A DNA stretch of 63,209 bases, the filler included. It is 8 parts of 8 records of this genome, joined end to end, with 100 filler letters (N's around TTAATTAATTAA, not from the genome) between each part and the next. Parts side by side here need not be neighbours in the genome. Positions count along the whole stretch, not along the records: positions 50,550 to 56,596 come from SRR31147125_60852; positions 56,697 to 63,209 come from SRR31147125_60913; 6 more parts are not named here. One strand, given 5' to 3'. The notes below the pieces were generated by a model. It did no database searches. It worked only from the letters and a program-made list of their open reading frames with translations, and had not been told where the DNA came from. Within the stretch, counting starts at the first letter, position 1. Each line of letters opens with the position of its first letter. Both the position numbers and the translations under genes were made by a program. Shown here piece by piece: positions 53,418-63,209 of the stretch.

Positions 53418-56400
53418 TTAAATCGACCACTTCGGCTGCCACTTTTCAACATTATCCGTGGTCATCACATCGACCCGACTGCCCTGGAACTCTTCGGATA
53501 CCTCCCCCATGATCTCCTCCATGTCGCCTTCCACATCAAGGGCCGTATGCCTCACCGACACCAGCATCTCGGGATCGGCCTCCCACAATCCGCGGGATTC
53601 CGCCTCGAGAAGACGCCGGGTCATCTCTTCCAAAGCATAAGGATTTTCAGACCGAAGCCACGCCAGATTTTCTTCATCATCGATGTAGGTCTCCACCACC
53701 TTGTCGAATACCCATTTCTCCACCTTTTTGTGGTGGCGCTCCATTTGAAAAGGTTGTTCACCCGGCTTGCCACCCCGGCCGCGCCTTTGTACCCGTGATT
53801 TTTCTGATGATCGATCCATGAGGGGCTGAACAGCTTCACCTGCACGGCCACCTCGATATCTTCCTTGAGATCCCGCACGGAAAGATCCCCTTGGGTATTG
53901 ACATCGGCCCAGTAGAGTCTTGGATTTTTATCTCCCACGGCACCGGCACCAAGGGACATGCCCCCTAGGTATCCGGCATAGCAGCCGGCGTCCACCAGAT
54001 CATAATCCGGCGAGTACTGCCGCATGTAGGCGACATCGATTTTCTGGAGATTCTTAGCATAAATCCGGTGGGCGGCCTGACCGTTGATCCGGGAAAATCG
54101 TCCGTTTTCTGAAACAGTTTCACCTGATGTCGCCCTGGCATTTTGTACGTCACTGACATCCGGCGCCCTTGAAGAGCCGTAAGCATAGCCCCCCCAGTTG
54201 ATGTAGGTCTCGGCAAGATCCTTTTCATCCTCCCAGGCCGAGGCATCGATGGCCAGCCCCACGCCCACCCCATAAGTACCGGGTGCGGAAGAGAAGACCC
54301 GGAAGGTGGCCATGCGCATCATCTCACTCTCGGAAAGCGACTCTCCCAGCTCATCTTTGAGCGCCGCCATCTCTTCATCGGTGTGCTTCTTTATAAAGTT
54401 GAACGCGTGGGGTTCATCCAGGCTTGCGGCCACCACCGCCGCCTCATCCACCAAATCGGCAAAATGGGGCACCATATCCCGCAGGATGCCGCTGGTCTGC
54501 ATCACCACATCGATGCGGGGACGCGGAGTGTGGACGACATCGTCCACGGTGACGGCAAGTTCATCCAAAGGAACGGCTTCAATCGACGACACCCGGTTGG
54601 AGGCATCCCACACCGGCCGCATGCCCATTAAATGGAGAATCTGACAAAAGACCTCACCGTCGGACTTAAACGCATCAATGCTCCAGAGGCTGAGGCCGAC
54701 GCTTTCGGGGAATCTTTCTTCTTCACGCAAATACTTGGCCATCAGATTGTCGGCCAAGATCCGTCCCACCTCCCAGGCCGCTTGGGTGGGCAGCGCCTGG
54801 ACATCAGTGGTAAAAAAGTTGCGCCCCGTGGGCAGGGCGTCAATTTTCCCGAGACTCAACGATCCGCACAATCCCGGTTCGATATACCTGCCGTTCAAGG
54901 CGGTTAGAAGCTGAGGAAGCTCCCGATAGGTATTTTCAAGGGCACGTTTGACTGTCTCTGCTGTTTCCGGATCCAATATCCGGCTGTCATCCGCCGGGTC
55001 ATTACAATTTTGATTCTCATCAGTCCGGGGCTCCCCCTTCCGGTATTTTTTTGTTGGATGCCCATCCCATGGAGTCACCCTTTCGGATTTTTTCTTTACA
55101 TGGGATCGACCTTTAGCAATCGTGGAGAGCATCGTGGCAATGCCCTCCTCATCGGGCGGGAGTCCCAAAGTGTGGAGTCCTTTGGGCGTGAGGGTGCGCT
55201 TCATCCGGGCGATTCTCCGGGCGACCAGCTTGGCTTCCACCTCGAAATCTTCCTCTTCAAACGCCTCATCCAGAAAATTCAGTCGTTTCATCAATGGAAT
55301 CATCTGCTTCTTCAGAATGCCCACTCTGCCGCTGCCGCCGCCTTGCACCTGGGTCGTTTTCGCTGTCTGGTACTCCCCGAGCAGCCGCTCTAAAGTGAGA
55401 ATATCATCATCCAGGACAGCTGCGCCGTAGACCGGTGTCAGGTGATCCACCATCACGGCCCGTCCCCGACGTTTGGCAATCACCCCTTCGGCCGGGACAT
55501 CCATAATGTAAAGGTAGACATTGGGTAGATCCCCAATGGAAATCTCAGGGAAGCAGTCTTGAGAGAGCATGGCCGGTTTTCCCGGTAAAAACTCCAGAGC
55601 CCCCATGGTACCGAAATGGAGCACCACATCGGAAGTTTGCTGAATAAATCGATAGGTGGCCAGCCAGTGATGGGGGGAAAGTTCGGGATCGTGGAGGATT
55701 CGGCACACCTCGCCGTTGCATTTTGCGCCGTAGCAGCCTCTTTTGGGCTGAATCATGATCTTGAGATTACCAAATTCCAGGCCGGTGATCACCAGCTCGT
55801 TGTTGTAGACCATCCCCTCCCCGGGAAAATCGTCCCAATCCTGAATCACCCGATCCCGTGCTTTTTCAGGCAGCGCATTGAACCAGGGCAGATACGCATC
55901 CGCTCCCACCGTGCAAAGCGCACCGCCTTTATTGACAATCTCGTCCACCGTGGTCCAGCGAAACTCGGAAAAGGCTTTTCGATCATGAAACATCTGGAGC
56001 AGCGCCCTGCCCTGTTCCGGTGCATCACCCACATCGTATCCTTTTGATTTCATGGCGGAAATCACTTTTCCTAAGCTCTCGAAGGTATCCAGCCCCACGG
56101 CCAGTCCCAAGGTCGATTCCACCCCTTTGCAAGGATTGTTGTTGAGAACGATGGAGACTCGCTTTTGAGCGTTAGGTAGCTGTTGCAGAGTAATCCACCG
56201 ACGGAGGCGACGACACAAATGGTCGATGCGATCCATCACGGGAACATATCGCCGAGAGGTGATATCCAATCCTTTGTGACGCTCGTGTGCGGAACCGGCA
56301 ATCATAGTGGGCTCGATGGCTCCGGAGAGTTCCGGTTGGGCCAACCCGTAAACCATGCCGAAAGATGCCGAGCCCCCTTTGTCGGAATCGTTGCCTGATG

Positions 56401-56596
56401 CCCACGCTTCCGGAGTCTGATTATAGAGACGGACCGCCTGAAACAGAGGCACGCCAATCTCTTGAAACAGGTGGGTATCGTGGGAGGTAGAGAGCAGACG
56501 ACCGGCCATCATGTTCACCACAGCGGAAAGCGATTGATCTGTCTGATCACCGATTTGAGTGGCTTTTCGAATATATTGAAGCCAGGGATATCGTTC
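53418..56596 (-). CDS. cobN: Second CobN/ChlH-family chelatase subunit (5' truncated; frameshift at 53725-53729)
   Basis: IQPKRGC, LEFLPGK, AKRRGRA, LPTGRNF, RPRIDV, SGILRD, RVFS, HGYKGA; one added A restores WSATTKKVEKWVFD...RLLEAESRGLW. Confidence 0.88.
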
Positions 56597-56696
56597 NNNN
56601 NNNNNNNNNNNNNNNNNNNNNNNNNNNNNNNNNNNNNNNNTTAATTAATTAANNNNNNNNNNNNNNNNNNNNNNNNNNNNNNNNNNNNNNNNNNNN

Positions 56697-56867
56697 GCCG
56701 CGACTGATAATCACTTCGTAACCGTCTCTCTCCAGTTCTTTTGAAACGATAACGGCTTCTTGAAGCAGGCCTGTCTTGATGTAGATATCTTCGTGCTCTT
56801 TCTGATAGATGGCACGAGCCTGCTCAGAGAGAGAGTTGTCGGGAAGGATGCAAGCCACTTTCGGCAT
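56697..56867 (-). CDS. PrpR-N-domain sigma-54-dependent activator (N-terminal fragment)
   Basis: GYEVIISRG is typical of the PrpR N-terminal domain; AGGAG RBS; divergent from a catabolic operon. Confidence 0.65.
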
Positions 56868-56980
56868 CGTGATCTCCTGTTGAAACGATTTGAAACACTG
56901 TTAAACAATTATGCAGCACCTGTGCCCTGATATCAAATGATTATTTTCCAAACAGTATGAAAATATTAGCTTTTCTGCTT

Positions 56981-56995
56981 TGGCATGGTTATGGC
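56981..56995 (+). promoter_or_regulatory. Putative sigma-54 promoter for tartrate dehydrogenase
   Basis: TGGCATGGTTATGGC (GG-N10-GC), with phased TGAAAC repeats 75-100 nt upstream. Confidence 0.5.
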
Positions 56996-57087
56996 GTTGC
57001 AGTGTTAAAAAGCTTTTGTCCGCTGCTCTCCAAGGGGTCATTTGCGTTGGGGGCCGTTGCAAAACTGATTTTCAGAAAGGGCACAGT

Positions 57088-58161
57088 ATGGCTGTTTTGA
57101 ATATTGCTTTGATCCCCGGAGATGGGATCGGTAAGGAAACTGTTCCGGCGGGGTGTCGGATTCTTGATGCTGCTGCAGAGGTCCATGGAGGTCTTCAGCT
57201 CGAATATCATGAGTTTGATTGGAGCTGTGAATACTACGCTCGGCATGGCGAGATGATGCCGGAAAACGCGCTGGACATTTTGCGCCCATTCGATTCCATC
57301 TACCTTGGTGCGGTCGGGTTTCCGGGGGTGCCTGACCATGTTTCGCTTTGGGGCCTGCTGCTGCCTATTCGCAGAGCGTTTCGCCAGTTTGTCAATCTGC
57401 GCCCGATCGAATTGATGCCCGGCGTGCGAACTCCTCTGGCAGACCGAAGTCCGGAAGATATTAATTTCCTTGTTGTGCGCGAGAATAACGAGGGTGAGTA
57501 TTCCAATATGGGCGGCCGGCTTTACGAAAAAACCGCCCGGGAAGTTGTTGTCCAGAACACAATCTTTACTCGTTATGGCGTAGAGCGGATCATTCGCTAT
57601 GCGTTCAGTCTGGCTGTTAAGACCGGCCGCAAAAAAGTCACGTCTGCAACAAAATCGAACGGGATCAATTTCACTATGCCTTTCTGGGATGAAGTCTTCG
57701 AAGATGTTGCACGTGAGTATCCTGATCTTGAGACCGATCAGTTCCATATTGATGCCCTTTGTGCACGTTTCGTAACGCATCCACAGGATTTTGACGTGGT
57801 GGTTGGGAGCAATTTATTTGGAGATATTCTTACGGATCTTGGTCCGGCGGTCGCTGGCAGTATCGGCATTGCCCCGTCGGCAAACATCAATCCGGAGAAC
57901 GACTATCCGTCAATGTTTGAGCCGGTTCATGGGTCGGCTCCAGATATTGCCGGGAAGGGGATTGCGAACCCTATGGGGCAGATTTGGTGTGGTGCGATGA
58001 TGCTGGAGCAGTTGGGTTATTCGGAGTGTGGGGATCTGGTTATGCGCGCCCTTCGGGAAACCCTGTCGGCTGGGGTTGCGACCCTGGATGTCGGCGGCAA
58101 GGCAAACACGCAGGAGGTCGTAGGTGCGGTGGTCGATCGCATCAGGTCTTTTGCGGGCTAG
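57088..58161 (+). CDS. Tartrate dehydrogenase / D-malate dehydrogenase (decarboxylating)
   Basis: IPGDGIGKE, PDHVSLWGLL, RENNEGEYS, SATKSNG, NLFGDILTDL, EPVHGSAPDIAG; start moved to ATG 57088. Confidence 0.92.
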   Translation: MAVLNIALIPGDGIGKETVPAGCRILDAAAEVHGGLQLEYHEFDWSCEYYARHGEMMPENALDILRPFDSIYLGAVGFPGVPDHVSLWGLLLPIRRAFRQFVNLRPIELMPGVRTPLADRSPEDINFLVVRENNEGEYSNMGGRLYEKTAREVVVQNTIFTRYGVERIIRYAFSLAVKTGRKKVTSATKSNGINFTMPFWDEVFEDVAREYPDLETDQFHIDALCARFVTHPQDFDVVVGSNLFGDILTDLGPAVAGSIGIAPSANINPENDYPSMFEPVHGSAPDIAGKGIANPMGQIWCGAMMLEQLGYSECGDLVMRALRETLSAGVATLDVGGKANTQEVVGAVVDRIRSFAG

Positions 58162-58291
58162 GTGTTCAGGGCTTCCCCTTCTCTGGAATTGTGAAACATT
58201 ATGAGTCGGTTTGAAACACATATGAAACACAGGCGATGGCACTGTGGCGGCGTTTGTTTCTAAGTGTCTAATTTTAAGCTACTTTTTTTCT

Positions 58292-58306
58292 TGGCACATT
58301 TGTCGC
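58292..58306 (+). promoter_or_regulatory. Putative sigma-54 promoter for the TRAP operon
   Basis: TGGCACATTTGTCGC (GG-N10-GC), with phased TGAAAC repeats upstream. Confidence 0.55.
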
Positions 58307-58459
58307 GTATACAAAACGTGCACTCACAGTTAAGGATTTACGTTTAACGTCATTTCAACCGTGGTGTTCCTGGTTCGTTTCTTGGTGGAACAGTCTCTAT
58401 CTGAGGAACGTCGGCCGTGCATCAAAATTGATCCCGCGTTGTCGGGAAAGGAGGAAAGA

Positions 58460-59482
58460 ATGAGAAAAATCTTGTTGGCGTGTTGTGCTGTCGTTCTTCT
58501 GATGTCTGTTGCAGCGAATGCTGCGGAAATGAATTTGAAAATACAGACATCAACCCAGTCCGGAACCTTTGAGTACAAGTACATTAAGGACGATTGGGGC
58601 AATCGCCTGAAAGCCATGTCGGGCGGCCAGCTGACCGCTGAATTCTATCCGATCAATGCAATCGTTGATCGCAAAGAGACACCGGAAGCTGTCATGGCAG
58701 GTGTTTTGACGGGTGATTTAACAGCGGTGTCTTACTTTTCTGGGCGGAACCCTGCTTTTGCCATTCTTGGGGACCTGATTGCCGGTTATGACACGGTTGA
58801 TCAGGTTCAGACTTTCTGCCGTTATGGCGGTGGTCGCGATGCTCTTCAAGCTCTTTGGGATGAAACTCTTCCAGGGGCTGTCCATGTCGTGGGCTGTGGT
58901 GCTGTCGCTAAAGAAGCATTGGTTGCCAAGGTGCCAATCAAGAGTGTTGATGATTTTAAAGGTGTCAAAGTTCGTTCTCCGGGTGGTCTCGCCGCTTCTG
59001 TATTTAAGGCTGCCGGTGCTGCACCTGTTTCCATGTCTCTCAGTGATGTCTTCACCTCCCTGGAAAAAGGCGTTATCGATGCTGCTGATGCTTGGGCATA
59101 TATCAATAATAAAACAAGTGGATTCCATCAGATCGCCAAATATCCGATCTATCCTGGCATTCACTCCATGGCTGTTCGTCAGTTCACAATCAATAAGCGG
59201 ATGTGGGATGAGCTTCCCGAGGATCAGAAGATGATTCTTGAGACTTGGTTTTATGCTGCTTACGACGATGTACGTCGCCAGCTGGACCTGCAGGACAAAG
59301 AAGAAGTTGCAAAAGACAAGGCCAGTGGTGCCGTTGAGATTGTTGATTGGCCACAGGTTGAGCGTGACAAATTCCGCGTTCTTGCAGCGGGTGTCTGGGA
59401 AGAAACCGCCGCAAAATCTCCAGAAGCACGTTCCGCTCTGGATGCTCATTACAAATACATGAAAACGATTGGTCTTAAATAG
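58460..59482 (+). CDS. dctP: TRAP transporter substrate-binding protein
   Basis: Signal peptide ANA/AE; DFKGVKVRSP with the conserved Arg; SLEKGVIDAA; GGAGG RBS. Confidence 0.92.
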   Translation: MRKILLACCAVVLLMSVAANAAEMNLKIQTSTQSGTFEYKYIKDDWGNRLKAMSGGQLTAEFYPINAIVDRKETPEAVMAGVLTGDLTAVSYFSGRNPAFAILGDLIAGYDTVDQVQTFCRYGGGRDALQALWDETLPGAVHVVGCGAVAKEALVAKVPIKSVDDFKGVKVRSPGGLAASVFKAAGAAPVSMSLSDVFTSLEKGVIDAADAWAYINNKTSGFHQIAKYPIYPGIHSMAVRQFTINKRMWDELPEDQKMILETWFYAAYDDVRRQLDLQDKEEVAKDKASGAVEIVDWPQVERDKFRVLAAGVWEETAAKSPEARSALDAHYKYMKTIGLK

Positions 59483-59547
59483 CGAAGTCATTTATGGCCG
59501 GTGAATTCAGATTCACCGGCCAATCGCATCAGGAGCAAGAAATTTAT

Positions 59548-60060
59548 ATGAATCTTTATGTGGAGTTTGTCGGAAAGGTGAGTGTTTTTCTCGGCAAGGT
59601 TTGCGGAATTTTTTATCTCGCAGCTATAGGATTGTCTATTTATGAAGTCTTCATGCGCTATGCCTTTAATGCCCCAACGGCCTGGACTTCTGAGACGATT
59701 ATGACGCTTGTCGCCACCGCATGGTTGTTGTGTGTCGGAGCGGTTACTCAGCAAAGGCGCCATATCACCGTGACAACAATGGAGCTGATGCTTGGTGAGA
59801 AGATTTGGAGTCGGCTCACAAAAGTCGCGATTCTGATTTCGATGGTTGGTGTTTCGGGCATGGTTATCATGCTTTGGGGGCCAATGGTCAAAGTTCTTCA
59901 GCACCCCCAAACGACAGGAAGTGCTTTTGATCCTCCCTCGCCAACCTACATCAAGACCATGTTTGTTGTGGCTGGAATTCTCTATCTGCTTCAACTGATT
60001 GCAAATTTATTAACACCGTCGAAAAAGCTGGCGAAACCGACAGAGATTGGGGCTGAGTAA
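59548..60060 (+). CDS. dctQ: TRAP transporter small permease
   Basis: Four TM helices; EVFMRYAFNAPTAW, HITV. Confidence 0.9.
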   Translation: MNLYVEFVGKVSVFLGKVCGIFYLAAIGLSIYEVFMRYAFNAPTAWTSETIMTLVATAWLLCVGAVTQQRRHITVTTMELMLGEKIWSRLTKVAILISMVGVSGMVIMLWGPMVKVLQHPQTTGSAFDPPSPTYIKTMFVVAGILYLLQLIANLLTPSKKLAKPTEIGAE

Positions 60061-61373
60061 TGGGCATAGAATATATTACTCTGGCAATTGTCGTATCGCT
60101 CTTTTTCCTGATGGCGATCGGTGTCCCGCTCGGGGCATCAACCCTTCTTATCTCTGTCTCGGCGGCTTTTCTTGCGTTTGGTGATAGCGGATTTATTCTT
60201 GTCAGTTCCGCTGTTGGAAAGGTCATGGATAAATACGCACTGATTGCCGTTCCATTCTTTGTCTTTATGGCGAATATTATGGAACGCTCCGGGGTGGCCA
60301 AAGAGCTCTTCAACTCGATGGCGATTCTGGGTGGCCAACTCCGTGGTGGTGTCGCCGTTCAGACTTGTATCGTTTCAGTCATTCTTGCTGCGATGTCGGG
60401 AATCGTGGGCGGGGAGGTTGTTCTTCTCGGTCTGATTGCTTTGCCACAGCTTTTTCGGCTGGGTTATGATCGCAAAATATCCATCGGTGTTATCACCTCT
60501 TCAGGAGCACTCGCAACCCTGATCCCTCCAAGCATTGTCTTAATTGTCTACGGTGCCGAGGCGAACGTGTCGATCAAGGACCTGTTTACCGCAGGGATTA
60601 TGCCCGGGGTTCTTCTGGCGTCACTCTATATTATTTATGTTCTGATTCGGGTTCGTCTGAATCCTTCTCTGGGACCGGTCTACGATGCTCCGGAAGCCAA
60701 GCTGCCCTTTCTCGAAAGGGTCAAGCATCTTAAGGGTTTGATCCTTCCATTTATTTTGATCTTTGGTGTGCTCGGATCAATTTATGCGGGTGTTGCGACA
60801 GTGACCGAATCAGCAGCGATTGGTGCCGTTGGTTCACTGGTTGTAGCTGCGGCCCGGCGTGAGCTGACGCTGAAGGGCATTCGTGAAGCTCTCTGGTCAA
60901 CAATGCTGACCGCTGGGGCTCTCATCTGGTTGATTATCGGTGCTGTCAGTCTCGTTGGAATTTACAATATCCTCGGTGGGACCCGTTTCCTCGGTGGTTT
61001 GCTGACTGGACTCGATCTTCCTCCGATCGGTGTCATCATCATTATGATGTTGATTATATTCTTCCTGGGAACCTTTCTCGAGTGGATCGCCATCGTTTTT
61101 ATTACGGTGCCGGTCTTTACTCCGGTCATCACCCAGCTCGGTTACGATCCCGTCTGGTTTGGCATTCTGTTCGCGATGAACATCCAAATTTACATGCTCT
61201 CCCCACCGTTCGGCCCGGCTTGTTTTTATCTCAAGTCTGTGGCTCCGAAAGATGTCACGTTGCAGGAAATATTTGTTTCGATTTTACCGTTTATCGTTCT
61301 CCAGATTATCGGTCTGGCGCTCGTTATGGCTTTCCCGCAAATTGCACTCTGGCTGCCGGGCTTAGGAGGTTAA
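60060..61373 (+). CDS. dctM: TRAP transporter large permease
   Basis: AVPFFVFM, LIPPSIVLIVY, ATVTESA, YDPVWFG, SPPFG. Confidence 0.94.
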   Translation: MGIEYITLAIVVSLFFLMAIGVPLGASTLLISVSAAFLAFGDSGFILVSSAVGKVMDKYALIAVPFFVFMANIMERSGVAKELFNSMAILGGQLRGGVAVQTCIVSVILAAMSGIVGGEVVLLGLIALPQLFRLGYDRKISIGVITSSGALATLIPPSIVLIVYGAEANVSIKDLFTAGIMPGVLLASLYIIYVLIRVRLNPSLGPVYDAPEAKLPFLERVKHLKGLILPFILIFGVLGSIYAGVATVTESAAIGAVGSLVVAAARRELTLKGIREALWSTMLTAGALIWLIIGAVSLVGIYNILGGTRFLGGLLTGLDLPPIGVIIIMMLIIFFLGTFLEWIAIVFITVPVFTPVITQLGYDPVWFGILFAMNIQIYMLSPPFGPACFYLKSVAPKDVTLQEIFVSILPFIVLQIIGLALVMAFPQIALWLPGLGG

Positions 61374-61376
61374 AAG

Positions 61377-61499
61377 ATGGATACATCAGATAATGAATAT
61401 GAAAATTACGATTTCGGCTGGCTTCCTGAAATTGTCGGGGCCATCGGGGTTGTTCTGCTGATCTGGTACCTGATTGCTTTTGCCAGAGGCTCTATCTAG
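61377..61499 (+). CDS. Small single-pass membrane protein (40 aa)
   Basis: MDTSDNEYENYDFGWLPEIVGAIGVVLLIWYLIAFARGSI; GGAGG RBS, ATG 3 nt after the dctM stop. Confidence 0.7.
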   Translation: MDTSDNEYENYDFGWLPEIVGAIGVVLLIWYLIAFARGSI

Positions 61500-61674
61500 G
61501 GATTTCAACCCTCAGAGAGTTTGTGAAAAATAAATGATGTCGGTTCTGTCAGGAGAAAGGTCTTTTCAGTAGAGGGGATTTTCGCGGTGCGACCAATACT
61601 GAAGCTTGAACTTTTGCGGGGCAATGATCATTTGTCGACGATAAAGACATTTCGATAAGTCTATGGAGATAGAT

Positions 61675-62574
61675 ATGCAACACGAACAAGCCGTTGCAGC
61701 CATGACGGATACCATGGCGAAATTTACGGATTATATCGGTAAACACTTACCGGACGATATTCTGGCCAAGTTACAACAACTCAGAGCTGATGAAGAAAGC
61801 TCTCTGGCAAAGGTCGTCTATGATTCCATGTTTGATAATCTTGACAAAGCAAACGGAATGAACCGGCCAAGTTGCCAGGATACTGGAGTGATTCAGTTTT
61901 TCTTGAAGGCCGGGGCCAATTTTCCGTTCTTGTCAGATATTCGTCCGATTCTGGATGAAGCTGTGCGACAGGCGACGCGGACAGCTCCATTGCGCCATAA
62001 CGCCGTTCAGATTTTTGAGGAAAAAAACACGGGAGACAACACAGGAGAACGGATCCCCTGGATCGACTGGGAGATCGTTCCTGATGATTCCGGAATAACT
62101 CTGGAAGTTTACATGGCCGGCGGTGGGTGTAGTTTGCCGGGCCAGGGGAAAACGCTGATGCCGGCTGCCGGCTATGAAGGAGTGACCCAGTTTGTCTTTG
62201 ACGTCATGACTTCCTACGGGGTTAACGCCTGCCCACCGCTGTTGGTCGGAGTAGGAATCGGCGGATCAATTGAGGTTGCGGCCAATCTTTCCAAAAAGGC
62301 TTTGTTCAGGCCGATCGGATCGCGACATGCCGATCCAAGGGGAGCCGAAATGGAGCTGTTGCTGGAAAAAGGGTTGAACGAAGTTGGTCTCGGTCCTCAG
62401 GGCTTGTCGGGTAAAAATTCCGTCATGGGTGTTCATATTGAAACAGCAGCCAGACACCCGTCGACAATCAGTGTCGCGATTTCGGTTGGTTGTTGGGCGC
62501 ACCGCCGTGGAACGATCCGCTTCAAAGACGACTTAAGCTATGAAGTGCTTTCTCACAAGGGGGTGACACTGTGA
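61675..62574 (+). CDS. ttdA: L(+)-tartrate dehydratase alpha subunit
   Basis: [41 protein letters not shown]. Confidence 0.92.
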   Translation: MQHEQAVAAMTDTMAKFTDYIGKHLPDDILAKLQQLRADEESSLAKVVYDSMFDNLDKANGMNRPSCQDTGVIQFFLKAGANFPFLSDIRPILDEAVRQATRTAPLRHNAVQIFEEKNTGDNTGERIPWIDWEIVPDDSGITLEVYMAGGGCSLPGQGKTLMPAAGYEGVTQFVFDVMTSYGVNACPPLLVGVGIGGSIEVAANLSKKALFRPIGSRHADPRGAEMELLLEKGLNEVGLGPQGLSGKNSVMGVHIETAARHPSTISVAISVGCWAHRRGTIRFKDDLSYEVLSHKGVTL

Positions 62575-63176
62575 AAAAGGTTTTAACAACACCCATTCAA
62601 TCTGAGGATGTAGAGCAGTTAACCATCGGGGATATTGTTTACCTTGATGGCTATCTGATTACCTGCCGGGATATGGGTCACCGCCGCCTGATTGATCTGA
62701 AGATGAAACTTCCCGTCGACCTTGAAGGGATGGCTATCTTGCACGCCGGGCCGATTGTTGTGAAAGAAGATGAGGGATGGAAGATCGTTTCAATCGGGCC
62801 AACGACGAGTATGCGGATGGAGGTTCACGAAAAGGAATTCATCAAGCAGACAGGTGTCAAGTTGATCGTTGGCAAAGGGGGCATGGGGCCGGAAACCGTT
62901 GAAGGGTGTGCTCAGCACAAAGCAGTGCATGCCGTTTTCCCGGGAGGTTGTGCCGTTCTGGCTGCCAGCGAAGTCGAGGAAATTGAACGTGTTGAGTGGC
63001 TTGATCTGGGAATGCCGGAGGCTCTGTGGGTCTCACGGGTCAAAGAGTTTGGCCCACTGATCATTTCGATTGATACGAAGGGGAACAACCTGTTTGAGAA
63101 GAATAAAGCGATCTATAATGAAAGAAAGGGCCCAATTGTTGAAGAGATTTCGAATCAAGTGAAGTTTATTAAATAG
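62571..63176 (+). CDS. ttdB: L(+)-tartrate dehydratase beta subunit
   Basis: [53 protein letters not shown] overlap with ttdA. Confidence 0.92.
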   Translation: MKKVLTTPIQSEDVEQLTIGDIVYLDGYLITCRDMGHRRLIDLKMKLPVDLEGMAILHAGPIVVKEDEGWKIVSIGPTTSMRMEVHEKEFIKQTGVKLIVGKGGMGPETVEGCAQHKAVHAVFPGGCAVLAASEVEEIERVEWLDLGMPEALWVSRVKEFGPLIISIDTKGNNLFEKNKAIYNERKGPIVEEISNQVKFIK

Positions 63177-63209
63177 CAACGACACCTGTGTGTGTCGGAG
63201 GCAGATTCA

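Noticed and set aside
55598-55620. His-to-Met change in the CobN motif (HFGTMGA versus HFGTHG) suggesting an inactive paralogue
   Set aside because: ACC ATG GGG GCT becomes ACC CAT GGG GCT through compensating C/G homopolymer miscalls, which is plausible given this dataset's errors; it cannot be trusted without reads.
36184-56596. A B12 theme linking metH and the cobN pair
   Set aside because: They are on different contigs with different base composition; the proximity is an artefact.
10268-56696. Seven identical TTAATTAATTAA elements flanked by N runs, and ORFs ending in 'LIN'
   Set aside because: Artificial concatenation linkers with six-frame stops; not a biological repeat or CRISPR array.

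Overview
This window is not one locus. It is eight unrelated bacterial contigs joined by 100-nt artificial linkers (N44-TTAATTAATTAA-N44): 1-10267, 10368-15528, 15629-24857, 24958-33674, 33775-43729, 43830-50449, 50550-56596 and 56697-63209. Gene neighbourhoods only count within a contig. Contents by contig: (1) housekeeping genes mscS, thrC, maeB, exbBD, a CDF transporter and mutS; (2) comEC, a HEAT-repeat protein, a YD-like lipoprotein and a PilZ protein (spirochaete-like, by inference); (3) a tight hydG-aspA-hydF-hydE operon ending in a NifS/selenocysteine-lyase-SelD fusion, then znuAC; (4) an amino-acid catabolic cluster (two fold-type II dehydratases, a YheO-type regulator, a class V aminotransferase, an M42 peptidase and an OCD-family reductase), then def, fmt and a patatin; (5) two-component genes, metH and rubredoxin; (6) futalosine-pathway mqnE/mqnC plus an amidohydrolase; (7) two tandem CobN-like chelatases; (8) a PrpR-like regulator, tartrate dehydrogenase, a TRAP transporter, a 40-aa membrane sORF and ttdAB. 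Seven genes are split at homopolymer runs, most likely by sequencing indels. The best candidate for an undescribed system is the [FeFe]-hydrogenase maturase operon carrying a selenium-mobilising NifS-SelD fusion (17123-24448). All family calls come from motif recognition by eye; no database searches were run.
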